Virus record (IMG/VR): IMGVR_UViG_3300044719_000253
Location: 162,012-226,011 of that record
Origin: a virus
Lineage: Duplodnaviria; Caudoviricetes
Reading direction: 5' to 3' (one strand)
Length of the DNA: 64,000 bases
A program made the position numbers and the translations under genes. Position 1 is the first letter of the stretch. Each line of letters starts with the position of its first letter. The notes below the pieces were generated by a model. The model was not told the DNA's origin and did not search any database. It was given only the letters and a program-made list of their open reading frames with translations. This document shows positions 40,075 to 48,686 of this stretch, piece after piece.

Positions 40075-40847
40075 TTACCCGTCTGCTCGATGCTGGGATT
40101 CGCCAACTGGGGAAATTGAATCACTGGTTGCGTCGAATCGGCAGTGATTCGGTGATTCGCTTCAAGAGCACCGTGGGGGCGTATCACTACATCAATCCGG
40201 TGGTGGCAGCCAAAGAGATCAAACCGGACTGGCTCAAGGTACAAATCGAACGCGCCAAGAAAGAACGCAAATCGGTCAAGTTCGTGCGTTGCCCCGGGAT
40301 GCATGATTATTCCCAGGAAGGCTTCCTGATCCGCGCTCACACCGATATCCATATCAAGGCGAACAGTGCGGGGGTGGTAGTCAGTACGCCGAATGTGGGT
40401 GAACAGCGGCTGGCGCCGGTGGAGATGGATGTGGAAGTCATCGATGGTTTGCCGCCGGTGGATGGCGTCAAGCTCAAGGTGTTTAAGGTGCCCCTACCCT
40501 GGGGCATTTTTACGGAACCGGGTCACTCCGTCCATCTGTTGCCCGCCCTGATGCATTTCCCCCATCTGGACAAGATCTTCGTGTACCCGGGCACGGTGGA
40601 CTACGAGGAATTCCATACGGCCAATCTGATCATCACGGCGATTCGCCCCTGTGAGATCGTGATCAAGGCGGGCGATGTGATCCTGCAAGCCTTGCCGTTT
40701 AAACGGGTAGGTTACCATGGTGTTTGTGGTAAAGCCACGCAACAGGAAGCTGACCGCCAACACTTCGGTTTCTTGTCGCGCACCATGGGTTACTACCGCC
40801 GTATGTTCCACTTTAAGAAGGTTTATACCAGCGAGGTGCAAGAATGA
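40071..40847 (+). CDS. Second DUF6065-like paralog
   Basis: RCPGMHDY..EGF, KVPLPWGIFTEPGHSVHLLP, GTVDY and GDVILQALPFKR. Coupled by 4-bp overlaps on both sides. Confidence 0.6.
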   Translation: MITRLLDAGIRQLGKLNHWLRRIGSDSVIRFKSTVGAYHYINPVVAAKEIKPDWLKVQIERAKKERKSVKFVRCPGMHDYSQEGFLIRAHTDIHIKANSAGVVVSTPNVGEQRLAPVEMDVEVIDGLPPVDGVKLKVFKVPLPWGIFTEPGHSVHLLPALMHFPHLDKIFVYPGTVDYEEFHTANLIITAIRPCEIVIKAGDVILQALPFKRVGYHGVCGKATQQEADRQHFGFLSRTMGYYRRMFHFKKVYTSEVQE

Positions 40848-41314
40848 GCAGCATTACAGGGTTGGTTTACCTGATTAACAAACAAACCAAAACGATCCTA
40901 TACGCCGGAGAAGTACCGGAAGTGTACGGCAACATCACCGGTCTGACGAATGTGGATTATGCCGTGCTGCAAGACTTGCATGGCACCTGGGCCTCTCCGG
41001 AATATCTCGATCTCGGGTTCTTGACGGAAGCTGATGCACTGGCGTTGGGGGTATCCCAAATGGCCATCGGGATTGCCCGTGCCGGTGCGTGGGAACTCAA
41101 GTGGAACAGCTTGGATGCCACCCGCAGCGAACTGATCGATGACCAACGCTGGCGTGTGGACCGCTACAACGATGAAACGCTGATGAATTGGCCGCACACC
41201 GAAGACATCACCCCGGTGCTGACGTACATCCAAGCGCTGCGCGATTTGCCGACCACTTACCCGGATCCCTACAACATCGTATGGCCAACGGTGCCGCCCC
41301 TACCTGGCGGTTGA
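40844..41314 (+). CDS. Tail fibre assembly chaperone (Tfa / Phage_tail_APC-like)
   Basis: C-terminal RSELI...YIQALRDLP..YPDPYNIVWPTVP. Confidence 0.8.
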   Translation: MSSITGLVYLINKQTKTILYAGEVPEVYGNITGLTNVDYAVLQDLHGTWASPEYLDLGFLTEADALALGVSQMAIGIARAGAWELKWNSLDATRSELIDDQRWRVDRYNDETLMNWPHTEDITPVLTYIQALRDLPTTYPDPYNIVWPTVPPLPGG

Positions 41315-41335
41315 TTTTTCACGCATGATTCCCGT

Positions 41336-41374
41336 GCCAGCTTAGGTCCATTCGGACCTAGCTGGTATGTTTTG
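41336..41374 (+). terminator. Terminator-like hairpin
   Basis: CCAGCTTAGGTCC/GGACCTAGCTGG followed by TATGTTTTG. Confidence 0.55.
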
Positions 41375-41394
41375 ATCTGATTTCGGAGCCCCCT

Positions 41395-42459
41395 ATGTCT
41401 TTAGTTCCAGTCAAATACCCGCTTGATTTGACGGGTGCGGCTGTCAGTAACCGCGTCACCAACGAATTGCATGTGTTGCCTGGCACTAATATTCGGATAT
41501 TGGTGCCGGACTACGGTGCATTTTTCTCGGACAGCGTGGCAGTGCGTGATGCCGCCACTAACCGCACGCTGGTAAAAGGGGTGGATTACTACCCCAGCCT
41601 GCTCTACACCGACCCTACGTCGCGCACTGGCCGGGATATCCACCAGATCCTCGTGATCGTCGATGCCACGTGTGGCGCCAATGTGATGTTCGATGCCCAA
41701 ATGTTGGGCGGCGAATACAGTTTCAGCTATGACGCGATCGTGCAGCTGGTGAAGAACTTGGGGCTCGACAACCGCGCCATCCAGTTTAACAACATCATCG
41801 GCAAACCCGACGGTTTCCCGCCCGCTCCGCACTTGCACGATATCGGCGACGTGTACGGTTTTGAATACGTGGCAGCGGCCATCGACCGCATGCGTGACGC
41901 AGTCCTGCTGGGTTCAGCCGCTGGCCAGAAGGGTATGTACGATTACCTGAACAACGAACTGGCGCAGATGCAGTCGGTGATCGATGCGGTGGTGCAAGCT
42001 CGTTCGACTGCCCAATCGATCATCAACACTCTGGGTTATACTCCATTCGATGCCCGCGGCGGTACGATGGGAGGTAAGCTGGACGTCAACGGTTTGATGT
42101 ATCAAAAGGCGGGTTATCGCGAGACCGCCAAAACGTTGGATGCCACCACCACAACCACGGTACTGAATCTGGCATCGGCCAACCGCTTCGTGGTGAACCT
42201 GAAAGCTAACACCCTGTTCAAACTGGATCCGTCCTTGGTGACGGGGATCGCCGGCACCGATTTCTTGCGTTGCAGTCTGCTCCTTAAGAATGATGCCACG
42301 GGTAATCGCACTATCGGTTTCGTCTCGACCGTGATCTGGCCCGGTAAAACCATGCCGCCGCGGGCAGCAGCGGCCAACGCGATTAACGAGTACGAGTTCA
42401 CCAGTTATGACGGTGGTGTGACGTGGAACGGTAAACTGGTGGCAGCTGATCTGGGTTAA
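41395..42459 (+). CDS. Second tail fibre base/adaptor protein, paralog of 35116-36348
   Basis: YPLDLTG..SNRVTNE...LVPDYGAFF, FPPAPHLH (compare FPPTPHAW), C-term VIWPGKTMPPRA...YEFTSYDGGVTWNG. Confidence 0.75.
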   Translation: MSLVPVKYPLDLTGAAVSNRVTNELHVLPGTNIRILVPDYGAFFSDSVAVRDAATNRTLVKGVDYYPSLLYTDPTSRTGRDIHQILVIVDATCGANVMFDAQMLGGEYSFSYDAIVQLVKNLGLDNRAIQFNNIIGKPDGFPPAPHLHDIGDVYGFEYVAAAIDRMRDAVLLGSAAGQKGMYDYLNNELAQMQSVIDAVVQARSTAQSIINTLGYTPFDARGGTMGGKLDVNGLMYQKAGYRETAKTLDATTTTTVLNLASANRFVVNLKANTLFKLDPSLVTGIAGTDFLRCSLLLKNDATGNRTIGFVSTVIWPGKTMPPRAAAANAINEYEFTSYDGGVTWNGKLVAADLG

Positions 42460-42553
42460 TGCTTGGTAGCAGAATGTTGCTGCGAAGAAAACATTATCCA
42501 TTGTTATGGAGGCGTTGTCGCCTTCGCAACTTCATTCTTTAAAAGGTATTAAC

Positions 42554-42781
42554 ATGCGTTACGGGCGGTTGTACAAGAATGTGGTAGTGGCGGTCACCGT
42601 GCTGCCCGTAGGCCACAGCATCGAACAACACGTCGGGCAAGATCAAGCGGATAACTACGTGGAGATCCCCGACGACGTGGATGTTGGCTATTATCAATCC
42701 TTGGATGGGTCATGGTTGACTCCCGAGCAATATGAACTGAAGAAAACGAAAGGAAACAAACATGTCCAAACTCCATCGTAA
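42554..42781 (+). CDS. Small fibre-associated hypothetical protein
   Basis: AAGG RBS, start MRYGRLY, C-term VDVGYYQSLDGSWLTP. Confidence 0.6.
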   Translation: MRYGRLYKNVVVAVTVLPVGHSIEQHVGQDQADNYVEIPDDVDVGYYQSLDGSWLTPEQYELKKTKGNKHVQTPS

Positions 42782-43148
42782 GGTGCTGGCCATCACCCAG
42801 CAAAGCTGGGAACTGTTCCAGCGCATGTTCGCCCGCAGTGTTGCACTGGCACTGCTGACCTGCCTCGGCTTCGCTCTGGTGGACCATCTGGTCGACTCGG
42901 GCATGACCGACCGCTTCGCGCTGGTACATCGCTTCCCGGAATTCATTCCGATGATGCTGGCTGCGGCCAAGCTGACGTTCATCGAAATGAGCGTGTTCTG
43001 GATTCGTTTCGCCACCCAGCCACGACTCGATGTGCAAGCCTGTGTCGAATACGTCCATCCGAACTCGGTCGCGGGCGCCATCACCCATGGGGTGAATTCG
43101 CTGGTGTGGGCGTTCCGTATTGTGGTGCTGCTCTATCTGGCGCAATAA
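42762..43148 (+). CDS. Putative holin-like membrane protein
   Basis: 128 aa with about 3 hydrophobic segments, directly upstream of the endolysin. Confidence 0.55.
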   Translation: MSKLHRKVLAITQQSWELFQRMFARSVALALLTCLGFALVDHLVDSGMTDRFALVHRFPEFIPMMLAAAKLTFIEMSVFWIRFATQPRLDVQACVEYVHPNSVAGAITHGVNSLVWAFRIVVLLYLAQ

Positions 43149-43150
43149 TC

Positions 43151-43870
43151 ATGCGCTGGGCAAATTGGATTGCCGGGATTGTGCTGGGAATCTTGGCGCT
43201 ATTGTTTGCAGCGTCGGAAGTGTACGCGCAAAAGCTGCCCGGAGACTCGGCACAGCTGCTGCCCGTGCTCGATCACGAGATTACCACGTACTGGCCGGAC
43301 CTGCAAGAACGTCCCTGGATGGCTGCGATTCCAGATCAAGAATCGAACTGGAAACTCAAAGCCACCCTGAAGACCTCGCGGGAATTTGGTTGCGGCCTGG
43401 GACAGTTCACCCAAGCGTACAATGCCGATGGCTCGGTGCGCTTCGATGCGTTGGCCGAAACCAAACGACTGGATCCTTCGCTCAAGGGTTGGACCTGGGC
43501 CGATTGCTACAATGCCCAATACCAGTTGCGGGCACTGGTGCTCAAAATGCGGGTGAATGAACGGACCTGCAAAGCCGTGATGCGCGGGAATCGTAACATC
43601 AAAGCCTGCGATACCGCCAGTTACAATGGCGGGTTCGGGAGCGTGACCAAACGCATCCGCAGCTGCCGTATGACACCGGGCTGTGTACCGGACACATGGT
43701 TTGGTCATCTGGAAAAGCAGTGCCCACAAGCCAACGTGAAAGTGGCGGGGTATGGAGAATCGTTCTGCATGATCAATTCCAAGTACCCGGGCCGGGTGGA
43801 AGCACGCCAATACAAGTTCCAGCCGTATTGGCCCAACGCCCCGATCTTCGCCGATCAGGCAAAAAAATAA
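43151..43870 (+). CDS. SLT-family lytic transglycosylase endolysin with N-terminal signal peptide
   Basis: PDQESNW (catalytic Glu), GLGQFT and ASYNGG. N-term MRWANWIAGIVLGILALLFAASEVYA-Q. Confidence 0.85.
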   Translation: MRWANWIAGIVLGILALLFAASEVYAQKLPGDSAQLLPVLDHEITTYWPDLQERPWMAAIPDQESNWKLKATLKTSREFGCGLGQFTQAYNADGSVRFDALAETKRLDPSLKGWTWADCYNAQYQLRALVLKMRVNERTCKAVMRGNRNIKACDTASYNGGFGSVTKRIRSCRMTPGCVPDTWFGHLEKQCPQANVKVAGYGESFCMINSKYPGRVEARQYKFQPYWPNAPIFADQAKK

Positions 43871-43880
43871 AGACCGCAAA

Positions 43881-43921
43881 ATAGACCTCCTTCACCCTGC
43901 GGGGTGAAGGAGGCTATGCCG
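43881..43921. terminator. ATAG...CTATGCCG family hairpin
   Basis: 12-bp stem CCTCCTTCACCC/GGGTGAAGGAGG between convergent genes, with an upstream A-tract. Confidence 0.7.
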
Positions 43922-43929
43922 TCAACTGA

Positions 43930-44412
43930 TTACGATTTTTCAGGGTAGAACGGTTCGAGTTGCAAATCTGCCGACAGGATTCGATGATTCTCATCGGTGT
44001 GAGGATTCAGAGGCCAGATGGCTGCGACTTGGCTCGCCAACCCATTACCGACCCCAACCCACACTTCCCGCGGTTCGCCATCCTCGTCGATTTCCGACCA
44101 TCCCGCAACGATGGGCTTCAGTTCAGCCACCGTGAGCCCTTTCGGAAATTTTTGCATACGCATGACCACTTCATTTTGCTCCGTCATCAATTCTTTTTGC
44201 AGATCTATGGCGATCATGACGGCATACCGACCGAGGGCTTGGCTGATACTTTCGCTCATGGCGGCGTAGAATGCTCTGTCTTCCGCCGACAACCCTGGTC
44301 GATCTGCTGCGTTCAATACCGTCGCATGCAACTTATTGAGGTAGATTTCGCTCATATCGAGCGTGTAATTGTCTTCGTTAAAACGAATGCCTTTGTTAAC
44401 GAGGATATCCAT
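43930..44412 (-). CDS. Hypothetical accessory protein
   Basis: AAAGGA RBS, start MDILVNKG. Confidence 0.75.
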   Translation of the reverse strand: MDILVNKGIRFNEDNYTLDMSEIYLNKLHATVLNAADRPGLSAEDRAFYAAMSESISQALGRYAVMIAIDLQKELMTEQNEVVMRMQKFPKGLTVAELKPIVAGWSEIDEDGEPREVWVGVGNGLASQVAAIWPLNPHTDENHRILSADLQLEPFYPEKS

Positions 44413-44440
44413 GTTGTTTTTCCTTTCTGTTGTTAATTGT

Positions 44441-44914
44441 TTATTCGACGATGATAGTGACCTTCGTGGCACCGAGGGCTTTCATGGCGTACTCGAAGTA
44501 CGGCCAGGTCAGGTACGAACTGGCGAAGTTGTCGCGCAGGTGATCCATGATCTGGTCGTGATCGAAATCATTGATCTGTTCACCTTCGACCATGGATTCC
44601 AGGGCATCGTTGAATGCTTTTTGGGTAACTTCGCCCGCCTTCAGAATTTCGCGAAACAGGAGCGTGAGTTCAGTCGACCCCATCATCAGATCACTGAAGT
44701 GCAGCTTCGACAGATCCGTGGCGTGCGTGATCACGACTGATCCGGCGCGTTCGAGCAGCATGCTATTGGTGAGACCTTCATCTGATGGGTCCATCTGTTC
44801 CCAGATGGGATCATCGACCGGTTTGACTTGGAAGGCAGAACCGTCGGGGTGTTGCAAACCACGTACCAGCATGGCTGCATAGTCGTGGCGTTCAGCAGGG
44901 AATTGAAGCGACAT
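44441..44914 (-). CDS. Hypothetical acidic accessory protein
   Basis: Leader motif plus AAGGA RBS, start MSLQFPAE. Confidence 0.75.
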   Translation of the reverse strand: MSLQFPAERHDYAAMLVRGLQHPDGSAFQVKPVDDPIWEQMDPSDEGLTNSMLLERAGSVVITHATDLSKLHFSDLMMGSTELTLLFREILKAGEVTQKAFNDALESMVEGEQINDFDHDQIMDHLRDNFASSYLTWPYFEYAMKALGATKVTIIVE

Positions 44915-44934
44915 GGCAATATCCTTGTTGTTGG

Positions 44935-45336
44935 TTATTGTTGGGCGATAATGGCGTACGCGTTGAAGAAATCGAAAGCTTGGTTTGCTTTGTCGGCGTC
45001 TTGGGTAAAATAAACCGGTTCTTGGCAGTACCACTCTACGGTATTGACCACCTTCGTGATCAGATAACCTTGAGTTGCCGAGCCAACGAACGCTAGAACG
45101 CGTTCCATGTCGATTAGGCGTTCATTCTGATGCTTTAAATTAATGTTCAGATCGTAAACTTCGATCTCGTTCGCCGATTCGGACAGTTCAGCGAGTTCCC
45201 GATGAGTTTTAAAAAGAATCTCTCGTTCGTTGTTACGTTCAGACAACAGTTCTTCGAGTTCATGCAGTTGATAAACATACTCGTTTTCGCTATTCCTTTG
45301 CAGAAAAATCTCGAACAATTCAAGTGCGGTAGCCAT
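44935..45336 (-). CDS. Hypothetical coiled-coil protein
   Basis: AAGGA RBS, start MATALELF. Confidence 0.75.
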   Translation of the reverse strand: MATALELFEIFLQRNSENEYVYQLHELEELLSERNNEREILFKTHRELAELSESANEIEVYDLNINLKHQNERLIDMERVLAFVGSATQGYLITKVVNTVEWYCQEPVYFTQDADKANQAFDFFNAYAIIAQQ

Positions 45337-45373
45337 GATGATATCCTTAAATGTTGTTAGTTGTAGGAAACGA

Positions 45374-45760
45374 TTAAGCGTGTTTGGTCCAGACCACGCG
45401 CTGTACTTCGCCGGAACCAGGAGAACGGCGGCGTTTGACCGCCACATCCCGCACTGGTTTCATGGCGGTGCGGACTTCCATTTGCTGTTTGGTGGCACGG
45501 CGATTTTCAATCGGTGGCGCTGATCCTGGCACTACGCGGTATTCACGCGCACCACCCCGACTTTCCCGTCGTGTAGAACGACGTTGTTCAATAAGCGCGG
45601 GATCGGCTTTACCTAACATCCGATACAGTGTCAATGGTGAATAATGACTTGTCTGTACTGCTTCGATAATTTCTTTACCCGTCATCCAACCTTTCCCATG
45701 CATCGCTTTCCAAATGCACGTGATCGGTCCATCGAACGGCAAAAATGCTAAACTAATCAT
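45374..45760 (-). CDS. Winged-helix-like protein, paralog of 45991-46401
   Basis: DGPITCIWKAMHGKGWMT...EYRVVPG. Confidence 0.6.
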   Translation of the reverse strand: MISLAFLPFDGPITCIWKAMHGKGWMTGKEIIEAVQTSHYSPLTLYRMLGKADPALIEQRRSTRRESRGGAREYRVVPGSAPPIENRRATKQQMEVRTAMKPVRDVAVKRRRSPGSGEVQRVVWTKHA

Positions 45761-45765
45761 GGTAT

Positions 45766-45981
45766 TCAATTTCGATGCCTCGGAAAATGAGCTGCTTCGC
45801 GTAATGCCCAAGCGGCGAATTCTTGACTGGGAATATGGTGCACCACATGTTCGTCTTCTTGGACATAATACACGTGGTTCGGAGTGAAGTCGCTATCGGG
45901 TCCGACAATCTGATAGATGTATCGCCTCACCCCTTTCTTGTTGCGATAAGTCTTTCCTTCAATGAGTTGAGCAACTTTCAT
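45766..45981 (-). CDS. Small hypothetical protein
   Basis: 71 aa, GKTYRNKKG..RYI...VYY...EFAAWA pattern. Confidence 0.65.
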   Translation of the reverse strand: MKVAQLIEGKTYRNKKGVRRYIYQIVGPDSDFTPNHVYYVQEDEHVVHHIPSQEFAAWALREAAHFPRHRN

Positions 45982-45990
45982 GTGGTTGGG

Positions 45991-46401
45991 TTAATTGCGT
46001 TTAGCGAACGCCATCATCATGGCGGACATGTGATCCACCGCCGTGTTCATGGTTTCTTTGCGGCGGGCTTCTTTGACTTCTTCTGCTTTCGTTACTGCCG
46101 CCGGCGCTTTGCGTGATTTCTTGTCCAGATCAACTGGCATTTCCACGCCACGTGGTACACGGTAATACTTGCTGGAACCGTACGAGGTCTTCGGCAAAGC
46201 GTTTTGGGTTTCCAAGACGCCGCGCGCCATGGCGAAGAGTTTGTTCCGTAGCGTCGTGTCAGCGTACGGGCAACTTGCGTCATGGAGCAGTTCCAGAACC
46301 TGAGCGCTGGTCAGCCAGCCTTTGTCTTCCATCACTTTCCAAATGCACGTGGCGGGGCCATCGGACTCCAACAGGAGCGGTTGAGTTTTGGTATCGTTCA
46401 T
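45991..46401 (-). CDS. Winged-helix-like protein
   Basis: DGPATCIWKVMEDKGWLT...YYRVPRGVEMP. Confidence 0.65.
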   Translation of the reverse strand: MNDTKTQPLLLESDGPATCIWKVMEDKGWLTSAQVLELLHDASCPYADTTLRNKLFAMARGVLETQNALPKTSYGSSKYYRVPRGVEMPVDLDKKSRKAPAAVTKAEEVKEARRKETMNTAVDHMSAMMMAFAKRN

Positions 46402-46476
46402 GTTCGTTATTAGAAGCTACAAGTAAAAGGAGAGGACTTCCCTTGACCACCTCAGAGAAATGGCCAAGAGAACACT

Positions 46477-46677
46477 CTACTTGCGCAGGGTGAAGATGCG
46501 GTGATTGATCACGTCGCACCAGCAATAATACATGTTGTCAGGAATACCACCCCAGTCCAGCATGGGGTAGCGTGCCGCTTCCTTCTTGATCATGCTGCGC
46601 GGCATACTGCGCGGGGCACGAGCGTTCTGGATGCGCGCTTTGTTCTTGGCAATGAAGTTCGGTTGCAGGTGCGACAT
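46477..46677 (-). CDS. Small basic hypothetical protein
   Basis: 66 aa with AAGGAG RBS. Confidence 0.65.
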   Translation of the reverse strand: MSHLQPNFIAKNKARIQNARAPRSMPRSMIKKEAARYPMLDWGGIPDNMYYCWCDVINHRIFTLRK

Positions 46678-46696
46678 AGATACTCCTTGTGTTAAG

Positions 46697-47545
46697 TTAT
46701 TGCGGCGGTTTCCATTCGCCGACGTTGGTGTTGAATTCCAAACCCTCGCGTTTTACCCAGTCCTTGATTTTCCGTTCCGTGGTTTTACCCACACCAACGA
46801 TCTTCGACAAGTCTTTGGGATGCATCGCGATCAACTGGCCGACATAGCGCACACCATCGTTGGCCAAACAGCCGCCGACATAACCCACCAGTTCCGGGAT
46901 ATCGGCGATACGTTGATTCCAGACCGCCTGGGGTTGGTTTCTCCGTTCTGCCGGAGTGAGCCAGCCTGCCGTGTCGGTCTCCAATTTGAGGCCGTGCGCG
47001 GTGAGTCGCTCGACGATGTTGGCGAGACCTTTAGCGCCCAGTTGTGGAATCTTACGCAGTTGCGCTTCCGAATAACGTACGAGTTGGCCGACGTAATCCA
47101 GGGAACCGATGGGTGTACCGCACAGCGATTCCGTCTGCAAGCAGTGATAAGGTCGCTTATCCAACCCCAACGCTTCGATCTTTTGATCCCAGATCCATGG
47201 ATGACTGATGACCGGTGATTTATCGTCGGTGACTGGAGTTTCATCGTGCGGGGTCGACGGTTGGACGTGACTCAGTTGGAGACCGAGTTCGATATTCAGT
47301 GCCGCGAGAATGTTTTCCACATCGCGGTATTCGAGCTTGTCTTCCAGGAAATGCTGATGGGTCAAATTCGCCATGAGCTCAGCGCGGAACCCGGTACGTT
47401 CACGCTCGCTATATCTGTTCTCGAAATAGCTGCGCAGGAGAGGGAGCAATTCTTCCCCCGCCAGATTTTTCATCCTGAGGGCTTCGAAGATCAGAGCGCC
47501 GTACAGTTGAGAAAAATTGTTGATGCCACTGATATTGATACGCAT
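46697..47545 (-). CDS. Protein with two tandem RNA polymerase alpha-CTD-like domains
   Basis: IEALGLDKRPYHCL...VGQLVRYSEAQLRKIPQLGAKGL...GLKL and a second copy YVGQL...LSKIVGVGKTT...GLEF..GEWKPP. Both parallel alpha-CTD [42 protein letters not shown]..ENWPP. Confidence 0.85.
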   Translation of the reverse strand: MRINISGINNFSQLYGALIFEALRMKNLAGEELLPLLRSYFENRYSERERTGFRAELMANLTHQHFLEDKLEYRDVENILAALNIELGLQLSHVQPSTPHDETPVTDDKSPVISHPWIWDQKIEALGLDKRPYHCLQTESLCGTPIGSLDYVGQLVRYSEAQLRKIPQLGAKGLANIVERLTAHGLKLETDTAGWLTPAERRNQPQAVWNQRIADIPELVGYVGGCLANDGVRYVGQLIAMHPKDLSKIVGVGKTTERKIKDWVKREGLEFNTNVGEWKPPQ

Positions 47546-47560
47546 GGTGATATCCTTTCG

Positions 47561-47977
47561 TTATTGAGGTAAGCATTTTTCGAGAAGCTTGAGGAGACGC
47601 GTAGCAGCTTCCTCACGTTCATCTTGATCGACCCAGTTGTTGCGATACCAGAGCATGGCGTGGTACAGAAGTGGAACATAACGATCTGGGACTTCCATGG
47701 AGAAATCACCCAGCCAACGCTGCACCGAGTTGACTTCCCCGTTCACCATGTCGAAGCATTCGATCAACATAAATGCTTGACGGCGATTTTCGACCGCCTC
47801 TTTACGCTTCTCAGCCATCTCAGGGTGAGCTGCCGCCATCTCGATCGACGCACACATCTCGGTAATGTGTCGCGTCAAAGCGTAGCGGATGATCTTTTTA
47901 TCATCCTCGCTCAACGTAACGCCAGCGATCGTGACTTGAATCACACCGGTCGAAAGCTTTCGAATAGTAACGTGCAT
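47561..47977 (-). CDS. Hypothetical protein
   Basis: 138-aa ORF with GAGGA RBS. Confidence 0.7.
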   Translation of the reverse strand: MHVTIRKLSTGVIQVTIAGVTLSEDDKKIIRYALTRHITEMCASIEMAAAHPEMAEKRKEAVENRRQAFMLIECFDMVNGEVNSVQRWLGDFSMEVPDRYVPLLYHAMLWYRNNWVDQDEREEAATRLLKLLEKCLPQ

Positions 47978-47991
47978 CGTGGTTCCTCGAA

Positions 47992-48438
47992 TTAACGGCT
48001 GGGGTTGAATTGCGGCGTGTAAGCCATCCCGCGTTGATTGGCGTTGAGGGTGGCTTCTTTCATTTTAACCCGCAGTTCTTCACTCGGTGTTGGGGAGCGC
48101 CGCTCGAATTCAATCCAGAAGCGTCGTGTGGCGCGGCGGGTGGCCAGCAATACGAAGTACGGGGTCTCGTCGGTAATCTCGCGCGCCGCGTGATTCTTGG
48201 CCATGGCGTCGAGATTGAGCCAGCCTTCTTTGCCAGCTTTATCGACATACTTAAACGCCATACATGCCGACAGACGCCGAAAGAATGGCCGCCCGATCGC
48301 GCGGATCACTTTGATGGTTTGAACTTCACCGGTTCCCACCATGCCTGGACCGACGAGTGGGAAGTCTGCGTGGATCAGATAAAACGTTTTGCCAGCCTTG
48401 ATGTCACGCAGCTGGACCTTACCTGCTTGGGTTGTCAT
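47992..48438 (-). CDS. Hypothetical basic protein
   Basis: Leader motif plus AAGGA RBS, start MTTQAGKV. Confidence 0.7.
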   Translation of the reverse strand: MTTQAGKVQLRDIKAGKTFYLIHADFPLVGPGMVGTGEVQTIKVIRAIGRPFFRRLSACMAFKYVDKAGKEGWLNLDAMAKNHAAREITDETPYFVLLATRRATRRFWIEFERRSPTPSEELRVKMKEATLNANQRGMAYTPQFNPSR

Positions 48439-48463
48439 GTTGTTCCTTGTTGTTGATTTTAAA

Positions 48464-48670
48464 TTAATACCAGGAGTCGCCGCGCGCTTCGTCGGCCGCT
48501 TGAACCCAGCCATCGTTCCAGGCGGACTCTTTGGCTTCATCGACACCCTTATGTGGATTTCTTTGGACATAATAACGGTAGGCTCGACGACCTTCTTCAC
48601 GAACAACGTTCAATTCGATTTCGCGTTGAGTCATGTAGATCCCATTAGACAAAATGGTAGACATTTCCAT
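48464..48670 (-). CDS. Rmf/CrpP-like small protein
   Basis: EEGRRAY...NPH...SAWNDGWVQA resembles Rmf G..A...CPY...W..GW..A. Leader motif plus RBS. Confidence 0.5.
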   Translation of the reverse strand: MEMSTILSNGIYMTQREIELNVVREEGRRAYRYYVQRNPHKGVDEAKESAWNDGWVQAADEARGDSWY

Positions 48671-48686
48671 AGTTCCTTGTTGTTGG

